Shown one piece after another: positions 40,850 to 48,365 of a stretch of DNA of 64,000 bases; position 1 is the first letter of the stretch; each line of letters starts with the position of its first letter. The DNA is from an uncultured Gaiellaceae bacterium. Lineage in GTDB: Bacteria > Actinomycetota > Thermoleophilia > Gaiellales > Gaiellaceae. The notes under the pieces are model-generated. The model was given only the letters and a program-made list of their open reading frames with translations. It was not told the origin of the DNA and did not search any database. The stretch covers positions 13,920-77,919 of the forward strand of contig CAVUYY010000012.1 of the NCBI GenBank assembly GCA_963745775.1. Direction: 5' to 3'. The position numbers were made by a program, and so were the translations under genes.

Positions 40850-43042
40850 ATGACTATTTGCGGCTACAACGTGCGTATGCGTGCCCGGTTCCTGCGGCTC
40901 GGCGGCGCTCTCTGCGCGCTCGGCGTTCTCCTCATCCTGCCGGCCTCCGGCGCCCAGGCGGCGTTCCCGGGCACGAACGGGCTGATCGCGTTCGAGCGCG
41001 GCGGGGACATCTACACGGTGACCTCGGACAGCTCTCACACCGTCAGCTCGTCGGCGCTCGTACCGGGCGCGAGCGACCCGGCCTGGTCGCCGGACGGTGA
41101 GCAACTCGCCTTCAGCCAGGGCGGCTCGATCAAGATTCTGACGATCGACGATTCGGCCGCGGCGACGCTCGACACCGGAACGTCGCCGGCGTGGTCGTCC
41201 GACGGGAGCCTGCTCGTCTACGAGAAGGGCTCCGATATCTGGGTCATCTCGGCAGACGGCACCGGCGTCGGCCGCAACCTCTCGAACAGCGCAGAGCGTG
41301 GAGGACGATCCCGCCTGGTCGGCCGACGACGACGTGATCGCGTTCACGCGGACGCCGAGCGGCGGGGCAACGCCGACATCTACACGATGACCGCGCCGAC
41401 GAGCGCGACGACGGGCGGCGGCGGGAGCCTGACGGCCCGGACAACCGTCTCGTCGAACGAGTCCGATCCCTCGTGGTCGCCGGACGGCGAGACGATCGCG
41501 TTCACCTCCGACCGCGCTCCGCACGCCGGGGTCGACCAGATCTACACGATCGCCGACGGCGCCGCTCCCGGCACCGAGGTGCGACAGACGATTTCGACCG
41601 TCGACGACGCAGAGCCGGCGTACTCGCCGGATGGGAGCCAGGTGGCTTTCAGCCGTGCCGGGGGCGGGATCACGGCGGCCGGCACCCCGATCACGCTGAC
41701 TTCCGGCGACGCGAATCCCGACTGGGGGACGAGGTCGAACAGCGCGACGACACCGCCCGCGAGCTCGGCGCCGGTCAACACCTTCCCGCCCAAGGTGATC
41801 ATCTTCGGCAGCACGGGAATCCCCCAGGTCGGCGTCACCGTCTCCTCGTCGATCGGATCGTGGACCGGTGGCTCGCTGACCTTCACCTACCAGTGGAAGA
41901 AGTGCCAGCCGAAGGACGGCCCGTGCTACCGGATCCTCACGCCGGCTGCGAACTTCTCGACCTTCCTCCCGACCGGGGATCTGATCGGCTGGTCGCTGCG
42001 GGTCGAGGTCACGGCGAAGAACTCGTTCGGAGAGACGACGGCGCAGTCCGAGTCGACGCCGCTCGTGATCGGGAATCCGCCGGTGAACACGGTTCGCCCG
42101 CAGATCTCCGTCTGGTCGACGAATCCCACGGTCGGCCAGGAGCTCACCGTTACCAGCGGCAGCTGGACGGGCCTCTCCCCGCTCACGTACAGCTACCAGT
42201 GGCGCCGCTGCGATCCTCCGGGGACACTGCCGAGCTGCGTTCCCATCGCCGGCGCCAACGGGACGAGCTACACGACGACCGAAGCGGATCTCGGCGTGAC
42301 CCTGCGCGTCTACGTCACCGCGACCAACGCGGGCGGCTCGACGACGGCCTTCTCCGACCACACCTTCCCGACGATCCCCGCGCCGCGGTTTGCTCCCTCG
42401 GTGACCACGCCGCCGACGGTCACGGGGGTCGCGGAGCTGGGGCGCACGCTTGTCGGGTCGCGGGGAACGTGGTCGGGCTTCGCCCCGATCCGCTACGTCT
42501 CGACGTGGCAGCGGTGCGACGCGACGGTCACCGTCTGCAAGGCGGTCAAGAGCGTCAAGGGAATGAACTACAAGCTCGGATCGGCCGACATCGGTTACCG
42601 GATCCGTCTGTCCGTGGTCGCGGTGAATTCGATCGGCAGCCTGCGCGCGCCTTCCGAGGCGACCGAGTCGATCATCCTCGGCCCGCCGAAGCCGAAGGGC
42701 CGGCAGGTCGTCGGCACGTCCGCTCACGACTACGTCCCCGGCGGTGGCGGCGATGACGTCCTCAGCGGGCTCGCCGGGAACGACACGCTGATGGGCGGCA
42801 AGGGCGACGACAAGATCACGGGCGGCGCCGGGAACGACTACGTCGATGCCGGTGGGGGAGTCGACAACGTGGATGCCGGCGCGGGCAGCGACACCGTGCT
42901 CGTCGCCGACGGCGAGATCGACACGGTCGAATGCGGCGAGGGGAACGACCGCGTGATCGCAGACGCGTCCGACCGGCTCAGCGGCTGCGAAGCGGTGAGC
43001 TTCCCGGCCACGACGCCGACTCCGACGCCGACGAGCCCGTAG
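40850..43042 (+). CDS. Secreted PD40-repeat / three Ig-like repeats / RTX Ca-binding repeat protein (contains a compensated double frame change)
   Basis: Signal peptide ...RFLRLGGALCALGVLLILPASGAQA. PD40 blades of the [10 protein letters not shown] type. Three ~100-aa repeats (GSWTG...Y.YQW.RC). C-terminal GGxGxD nonapeptides (GGGGDDVLSGLAGNDTLMGGKGDDKITGGAGNDYV). The ATG at 40850 has GGGGAG 8 nt upstream. Confidence 0.7.
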   Translation: MTICGYNVRMRARFLRLGGALCALGVLLILPASGAQAAFPGTNGLIAFERGGDIYTVTSDSSHTVSSSALVPGASDPAWSPDGEQLAFSQGGSIKILTIDDSAAATLDTGTSPAWSSDGSLLVYEKGSDIWVISADGTGVGRNLSNSAERGGRSRLVGRRRRDRVHADAERRGNADIYTMTAPTSATTGGGGSLTARTTVSSNESDPSWSPDGETIAFTSDRAPHAGVDQIYTIADGAAPGTEVRQTISTVDDAEPAYSPDGSQVAFSRAGGGITAAGTPITLTSGDANPDWGTRSNSATTPPASSAPVNTFPPKVIIFGSTGIPQVGVTVSSSIGSWTGGSLTFTYQWKKCQPKDGPCYRILTPAANFSTFLPTGDLIGWSLRVEVTAKNSFGETTAQSESTPLVIGNPPVNTVRPQISVWSTNPTVGQELTVTSGSWTGLSPLTYSYQWRRCDPPGTLPSCVPIAGANGTSYTTTEADLGVTLRVYVTATNAGGSTTAFSDHTFPTIPAPRFAPSVTTPPTVTGVAELGRTLVGSRGTWSGFAPIRYVSTWQRCDATVTVCKAVKSVKGMNYKLGSADIGYRIRLSVVAVNSIGSLRAPSEATESIILGPPKPKGRQVVGTSAHDYVPGGGGDDVLSGLAGNDTLMGGKGDDKITGGAGNDYVDAGGGVDNVDAGAGSDTVLVADGEIDTVECGEGNDRVIADASDRLSGCEAVSFPATTPTPTPTSP
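41777..42682 (+). repeat. Three tandem ~100-codon Ig-like coding repeats
   Basis: Repeat cores: SIGSWTGGSLTFTYQWKKC, TSGSWTGLSPLTYSYQWRRC and SRGTWSGFAPIRYVSTWQRC. Each is followed by a ...LRV.VTA.N..G type strand. Confidence 0.65.
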
Positions 43043-43043
43043 C

Positions 43044-43640
43044 TCAGGTCTGATCGCCGGTGGCTCGCCGCAGGCCGGCGAGCCACCGCGGGATCCGGCG
43101 ACGCGCGTGGGCGAGCGCGTCGTCGACCTCGGCCGCGGCGGTGTCGCCGTGCCGGCCTTCGCCATGTCCGACGAGCACGTGCTCTGCGCCGAGACCCCGC
43201 AGCGCCTGGGGCGGGAAGAGTCGTAGGAACGGATGCACGCCGATCGGCTCCGCCCCGGCGCGATAGAACGGGATCGTCCCCAGCGCATCGGCGTTGACGA
43301 GGATCCGCCGCTCGGGCCACCAGAGCGCTACCTCCTGCCAGAGCCGCCACGACGACACCGGTAGGAAGGTGAAAGGCGTCTCGGGCAGCGAGCGCGGCAC
43401 GACGTGATGCGGGACGCCGAGCTTCCAGGCGAACGCGGCGCAATCTCGAGCGTGCCGGTCGAGCAGCTGGATCACCCCTGCCGGCTCGCCGAGGGCGCGG
43501 ACGCGCTCCTCGAGCCCCTCCAACTCGAAGGGGTCGAGCAGCCAGACACGGCCGTCCACGGCGAGCGCGTGCCCGGTTCTCCGCAGCCGCGCGTCCTCGA
43601 CCCAGCCGAAGCCGTCCTCGATCTCGTCGACCCAGCTCAT
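43044..43640 (-). CDS. Hypothetical protein, possibly a degenerate metallo-beta-lactamase-fold protein
   Basis: The 198-aa ORF has good coding character. QLLDRHARDC sits where an HxHxDH motif would be, but it is degenerate. No confident family call. Confidence 0.55.
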   Translation of the reverse strand: MSWVDEIEDGFGWVEDARLRRTGHALAVDGRVWLLDPFELEGLEERVRALGEPAGVIQLLDRHARDCAAFAWKLGVPHHVVPRSLPETPFTFLPVSSWRLWQEVALWWPERRILVNADALGTIPFYRAGAEPIGVHPFLRLFPPQALRGLGAEHVLVGHGEGRHGDTAAAEVDDALAHARRRIPRWLAGLRRATGDQT

Positions 43641-43754
43641 CGCTGCACGCTAACCGGCTCGGGGATCGTGAAGCGGCCGCACCAGATCGCGCTCTAGAGC
43701 TACGCGCCCTCGAGCCGAGCAGACGGCAGGTGCGGCAGAACCGGTGGACGAGAT

Positions 43755-43792
43755 GTCACGAAATCGAGACCCTTCCGTTCCACCTGCGTGAC
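43755..43792 (+). promoter_or_regulatory. 11-bp-phased pentamer array C
   Basis: GTCAC-gaaatc-GAGAC-ccttcc-GTTCC-acctgc-GTGAC, with units starting at 43755, 43766, 43777 and 43788. Confidence 0.3.
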
Positions 43793-43875
43793 GCCATCCT
43801 CGATAGCGTTTCGGTAGGGACACCCGGGGTGCCCCTGGGGGCACGTAGGGGAACGTCGCGGTCGCCAAGCCGGCG

Positions 43876-45135
43876 TCAGATCTCGCGCAACAGCAGGTCC
43901 TCGACCGTCTCTCGCCGCAGGATCTCGCGCGCCGCGCCGTCCCGCACCAGCACCGCTGCCGGTCGCGGCACGCCGTTGTAGGTCGAGCCCATCGCGAGGG
44001 TGTAGGCGCCCGTCGCCGGCACGGCGAGCAGGTCTCCGCGCTTCGGCTCCGGCAGGCGGACGCTCTCGATCAGGACGTCGCCCGACTCGCAATGCTTTCC
44101 CGCCACCGCGAACGGCTCGTCCGCCGGCTCCTCGTCGGCGCGGTTCGCGAGCAGCGCGGCAAAGCGGGCGTCGTAGAGCTGCGGGCGGGGGTTGTCGGAC
44201 ATCCCGCCGTCGATCGCGACGTAGCTCCGATCTCCGGCTCGCTTGCTCGCGCCGATCGTGTACAGAGTGCAGGCGGCGGAGCCGACCAGCGACCGTCCCG
44301 GCTCGAGGATCAGGCGGGGCTGCGGCAAGCCGCGCGCCTCCCAGGCGCCGCCGACCGCGTCGACGATCGAGCGCACGAGCTGCGCGAGCGGCGGCTCCGG
44401 CTCCTCGAGCACGTACCTGATCCCGAAGCCGCCGCCGACGTCGACGATCGCCGGCGTCCAGTCGAGCTCGTCTCGCGCACGCCCAGCGAAGTCCGCGAGC
44501 AGCTCGACCGCCTGCAGATGCGCTTGCGCGTTCAGGAGCTGCGAGCCGACGTGGACGTGCAGCCCTTCGACCTCGATCCCCGTCGCGCGCGCCCGCCGGA
44601 TCGCTTCCAGCGCGTCGTCCGCGTCGAGCCCGAACTTGGAGCCGCGATGGCCGGTGCGGATCGCCTCGTGGGTCTCGGCCTCGACGCCGGGCGTCACGCG
44701 CACGAGGGCCCGCCCGACTCCGGCCGCCGCAGCGCGCTCGGGCTCGTCGAGCGAGTCGAGCACGACGAGCGCACCCACCTCCGCCGCGGCCCGAAGCTCC
44801 TCGTCCGACTTGTTGTTGCCGTGGAAGAGGATCTGCCCGCCCTCGATCCCAGCCGCTCGCGCGAAGGCGAACTCCCCGAGCGTCGAGACGTCGGCTCCGA
44901 TCCCCTCCTCCGCGAGCAGCCGCAGCAGCGCGACGTTCGCGAACGCCTTCGTCCCGTAGACGACGAGCGCCTCGGGGGCGGCGGCGCGAAAGAGCCGCGC
45001 GCGCTCCCGGAGCGACCGCTCGCAGTAGACGACGAGCGGCGTTCCGAACCGCTCCGCCAGCGCGCACGCTCCGAGCCCGCCGATCGTCAGCTCGCCGTCC
45101 TCGATCCTGGCCGTTTCCGGGAACAGTGCTAGCAT
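43876..45135 (-). CDS. lysA: Diaminopimelate decarboxylase
   Basis: Last 419 codons of ORF 43876..47754, with YGTKAF (PLP Lys region), HVHVGSQ, GGGFGI and CESGD motifs. The upstream ~870 codons of that ORF are antisense to leuS. Confidence 0.9.
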   Translation of the reverse strand: MLALFPETARIEDGELTIGGLGACALAERFGTPLVVYCERSLRERARLFRAAAPEALVVYGTKAFANVALLRLLAEEGIGADVSTLGEFAFARAAGIEGGQILFHGNNKSDEELRAAAEVGALVVLDSLDEPERAAAAGVGRALVRVTPGVEAETHEAIRTGHRGSKFGLDADDALEAIRRARATGIEVEGLHVHVGSQLLNAQAHLQAVELLADFAGRARDELDWTPAIVDVGGGFGIRYVLEEPEPPLAQLVRSIVDAVGGAWEARGLPQPRLILEPGRSLVGSAACTLYTIGASKRAGDRSYVAIDGGMSDNPRPQLYDARFAALLANRADEEPADEPFAVAGKHCESGDVLIESVRLPEPKRGDLLAVPATGAYTLAMGSTYNGVPRPAAVLVRDGAAREILRRETVEDLLLREI

Positions 45136-45205
45136 CCGGGCCAGTGAAGCAGCTTCTTCCGTAGCGCAGGAAGCGAACGCGGCCCCGCCGCGGCAGCTTC
45201 CCCCG

Positions 45206-45229
45206 GCCTCTCTCGCGAGAGGCTTTTTT
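45206..45229 (+). terminator. Canonical intrinsic terminator-like hairpin with T6 tract, upstream of leuS
   Basis: GCCTCTC-tcgc-GAGAGGC followed by TTTTTT, oriented for the plus strand. It lies 26 nt before the first possible leuS start. Confidence 0.55.
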
Positions 45230-45264
45230 GTACCCCAGAGATGTGACTGGGCCAGGTGACGCCG

Positions 45265-47688
45265 ATGACCGAGCGATACGACCCGAAGGCGATCGAGGCG
45301 AAGTGGCAGCGCGTCTGGGAGGACGAGCAGGCCTTCGCGGTTGCGAATCCCAGCGAGTCGGACTCGCGGCCCAAGAGTTACGTGCTCGAGCAGCTTCCCT
45401 ACCCGTCCGGCAACCTGCACATGGGCCACATGCTCGTCTACACGATCGGCGACGTCGCGACCCACTTCCGGCGCCGGAACGGCTATCGCGTCCTCCACCC
45501 GTTCGGGTTCGACTCGTTCGGGCTGCCGTCCGAGAACGCCGCGATCCGCGAGGGCCGCCACCCACGCGAGACCGTGGAGCGCAACATCGAGGCGATCCGA
45601 GCCTCGATGCGGAAGATCGGCTGGTGGATCGACTGGTCGCGCGAGCTCTCGACCCACGAGCCCGGCTACTACCGCTGGCAGCAGTGGCAGTTCCTGAAGT
45701 TCCTCGAGCGCGGCCTCGCCTACCGCAGGCCGGCGCCTGTCAAGTGGTGCCCGAACGACCAGACCGTGCTCGCGAACGAGCAGGTGCTGCCGGACGGGAC
45801 CTGCGAGCGCTGCGGCGCCGAGGTCGAGTCGCGGCTGATGGAGCAGTGGTTCTTCCGGATCACCGACTACGCGCAGGCGCTGCTCGACGATCTCGAGACG
45901 GTCGACTGGCCGGACTCGATCAAGGCGCGGCAGCGCAACTGGATCGGTCGCTCGGAGGGCGCCGAGGTCAGCTTCCGGATCGACGAGTGGGACGAGGACG
46001 TCGCGGTCTTCACGACCCGGCCCGACACGCTCTTCGGCGCCACGTTCTTCGTGCTCGCGCCGGAGCACGAGCTCGTCGCGCGGATCGACTCGGAGACAGT
46101 GCGGGACTACGTCCGCCAGACCGCTGCCAAGAAGACCGAGGAACGGGCGGCGGCCGAAGAGAAGACGGGTGTCTTCACGGGCCTGCACGCGATCAACCCG
46201 GTCAACGACGAGCGGATCCCGATCTACGTCGCCGAGTACGTCCTGACCGACTACGGGACGGGCGCGATCATGGCGGTGCCCGCCCACGATCGCAGGGACT
46301 TCGACTTCGCCCGCGCGTTCGAGCTGCCGATCCGCCAGGTGGTGAAGCCCGTCGATCGCGACGTGGACGAGAGCGAGCCGTACACGGAGCACACCGAGGG
46401 TGAGGTGCTCGTCAACTCCGGTGAGGTCGACGGCCTCGCGGCGCCTGAGGGCGGACGCAGGCTCGTCGAGCGGCTCGAGCGCGAAGGGCGCGGGCGCTTC
46501 GCGGTCAACTTCCGGCTGCGCGACTGGGGCTTCTCGCGTCAGCGCTACTGGGGCTGCCCGATTCCCGTCGTTTACTGCGACGGGTGCGGAATCGTGCCGG
46601 TGCCGGAGGCCGAGCTGCCCGTCGTGCTCCCCGAGATCGAGGACTTCAAGCCGCGGGGCCGGCCGCCGCTCGCGCAGGCCGAGGAGTGGGTGAACGTGCC
46701 GTGTCCTTCCTGCGGTGGGGCGGGCCGGCGCGAGACCGAGACGATGGACACCTTCGTCGACTCGTCGTGGTACTTCCTCCGCTACTGCGACCCCGACAAC
46801 GATGCGGCACCGTTCGATCGAGCGCTCGTCGACTACTGGAACCCGGTCGACCTCTACATCGGCGGCGTCGACCACGCGACGATGCACATGATCTACGCCC
46901 GGTTCTGGGTCAAGGTGCTGAACGATCTCGGCCTCGTCGGCTTCCGCGAGCCGTTCGCGAGCTTCTATTCGAACGGCTGGGTCACGATGGGCAAGACGAA
47001 GATCTCGAAGCGCTCGGGCGGCGCGTCCATCGGCCCGGACCAGTTCGTCGACCGCTACGGCGCCGATGCGGTGCGGCTCGGCATCCTGTTCCTCGGCCCG
47101 GCCGACCAGGACATGGAGTGGACCGAGGATGCGGCCGAGGCGATGGCGCGGTTCGTGCGACGGCTCTGGAGCGTCGTGAGCGAGGTGGCGGAGGGCGCTC
47201 CGCACGGCGAGTCCGCGGGCGGCCCGCTGGCGCGCAAGGCCCACGAGACGATCGCGAAGGCGACCGACGACATCGGTCGTCGCTTCGCGTTCAACACCGC
47301 GATCTCGGCCGTGATGGAGCTCGTGAACGAGCTCTCGCGCGATCGCACCGGGCCGGATTCTCGGTTCGCGGCGGAGACCGCCGTCTCGCTGATCCAGCCG
47401 TACGCGCCGCACGTGGCCGAGGAGCTCTGGAGCGTCCTCGGGCGGGAGCGGCTGTGGCTCGAGCCGTGGCCGGTCGCCGACGAAGCGATGCTCGCCCGCG
47501 AGACGGTCGAGATCGTCGTTCAGGTGAACGGGAAGGTGCGCGATCGGCTGCACGTCTCGGCCGCCACAGCCGAGGCGGAGCTTGTCTCGCTCGCTCGCGC
47601 GTCCGAGCGCGTGCGGGTGCATCTGAACGGCGGTGAGCCCCGGAAGACGATCGTCGTGCCGGGCAAGCTCGTCAACTTCGTCGTCTGA
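45265..47688 (+). CDS. leuS: Leucine--tRNA ligase
   Basis: PYPSGNLHMGH (HIGH), editing-domain sequences and KISKRSG (KMSKS variant), about 807 aa. ATG at 45265, or GTG at 45256. Confidence 0.92.
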   Translation: MTERYDPKAIEAKWQRVWEDEQAFAVANPSESDSRPKSYVLEQLPYPSGNLHMGHMLVYTIGDVATHFRRRNGYRVLHPFGFDSFGLPSENAAIREGRHPRETVERNIEAIRASMRKIGWWIDWSRELSTHEPGYYRWQQWQFLKFLERGLAYRRPAPVKWCPNDQTVLANEQVLPDGTCERCGAEVESRLMEQWFFRITDYAQALLDDLETVDWPDSIKARQRNWIGRSEGAEVSFRIDEWDEDVAVFTTRPDTLFGATFFVLAPEHELVARIDSETVRDYVRQTAAKKTEERAAAEEKTGVFTGLHAINPVNDERIPIYVAEYVLTDYGTGAIMAVPAHDRRDFDFARAFELPIRQVVKPVDRDVDESEPYTEHTEGEVLVNSGEVDGLAAPEGGRRLVERLEREGRGRFAVNFRLRDWGFSRQRYWGCPIPVVYCDGCGIVPVPEAELPVVLPEIEDFKPRGRPPLAQAEEWVNVPCPSCGGAGRRETETMDTFVDSSWYFLRYCDPDNDAAPFDRALVDYWNPVDLYIGGVDHATMHMIYARFWVKVLNDLGLVGFREPFASFYSNGWVTMGKTKISKRSGGASIGPDQFVDRYGADAVRLGILFLGPADQDMEWTEDAAEAMARFVRRLWSVVSEVAEGAPHGESAGGPLARKAHETIAKATDDIGRRFAFNTAISAVMELVNELSRDRTGPDSRFAAETAVSLIQPYAPHVAEELWSVLGRERLWLEPWPVADEAMLARETVEIVVQVNGKVRDRLHVSAATAEAELVSLARASERVRVHLNGGEPRKTIVVPGKLVNFVV

Positions 47689-47725
47689 CGATGTCGGGCG
47701 CGGTGCGCCGTGGTGTGCAGCGACT

Positions 47726-47763
47726 GGCACAGAGTCGGCACGAACTCGTGACACACCTGTAAC
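47726..47763 (+). promoter_or_regulatory. 11-bp-phased pentamer array A
   Basis: GGCAC-agagtc-GGCAC-gaactc-GTGAC-acacct-GTAAC, with units starting at 47726, 47737, 47748 and 47759. The array ends 24 nt before the comEA ATG. Confidence 0.35.
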
Positions 47764-47786
47764 AGGTTCGCCGCCAGGCTCTCGGC

Positions 47787-48365
47787 ATGCCCTCCCTGCC
47801 CGTCTCGCGAGGTCGTGCCCTCGTCCTCGCGGGCGGGCTCCTCGTGCTCCTCGTCCTCGCCGGGCGTACGTTCGCGGGCGGAGGCGAATCCGCGAGTCGA
47901 CCGGCCGCGGCGCTCGTACCGGAGCGTCCGGCCGAAGGTACGACGAGGCTCGTGATCCACGTCACCGGAGCCGTGACCGAGCCGGGTCTCTACCGGCTGA
48001 AGGAGGGCAGCAGAGTCGCCGACGCCGTCGCCCGTGCGGGCGGAGCGACGCCGTCGGCCGACACCGCAGCCGTGAACCTCGCCGCACCGCTCGCCGACGG
48101 GATGCAGGTCCTGATACCGAGTCGGGTCGCCGGTGTGGCGGGGACGGCGGCGGAAGCGCCGACCGGTGCGGGCGCCCGCGTCAGCCTCAACGCCGCGAGC
48201 GTCGCCGAGCTCGACGAGCTGCCGGGGGTCGGTCCGGTCACCGCCCAGAAGATCGTCGACTACCGCGCCGCCCACGGCGGATTCAGAACGGTGGACGACC
48301 TGGATGCGATTCCGGGGATCGGGCCCGTCCGGATCGACCAGCTCCGCGAGCTCGTGGGACCGTGA
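47787..48365 (+). CDS. comEA: ComEA-family DNA-binding competence protein
   Basis: N-terminal TM, a SLBB-like middle region, and a C-terminal helix-hairpin-helix pair: LNAASVAELDELPGVGPVTAQKIVDYR...IPGIGPVRIDQL. Confidence 0.85.
   Translation: MPSLPVSRGRALVLAGGLLVLLVLAGRTFAGGGESASRPAAALVPERPAEGTTRLVIHVTGAVTEPGLYRLKEGSRVADAVARAGGATPSADTAAVNLAAPLADGMQVLIPSRVAGVAGTAAEAPTGAGARVSLNAASVAELDELPGVGPVTAQKIVDYRAAHGGFRTVDDLDAIPGIGPVRIDQLRELVGP

Noticed and set aside
43650-43981. Small ORFs 43650..43868(-) and 43730..43981(+) in the spacer upstream of lysA's 3' end.
   Set aside because: They have no Shine-Dalgarno, poor coding character (Arg/Ser/Pro-rich), and overlap lysA or the repeat element. The region is more likely non-coding.
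45136-45264. T-box or other known riboswitch upstream of leuS, or a lysine riboswitch for lysA.
   Set aside because: The spacer is only 129 nt. I see no T-box consensus (AGGGTGGNACCGCG-like) and no L-box-like multi-helix core. A known riboswitch class is therefore not supported.
47726-47752. Sigma54 promoter suggested by GGCACG in array A.
   Set aside because: No TTGC -12 element lies at the required spacing, and sigma54 is generally absent from Actinobacteria. The 11-bp repeat interpretation fits better.
45136-47754. N-terminal ~870 codons of the 1292-aa ORF 43876..47754(-).
   Set aside because: Only the last 419 codons translate to LysA. The rest is antisense to leuS and Arg/Asp-rich.
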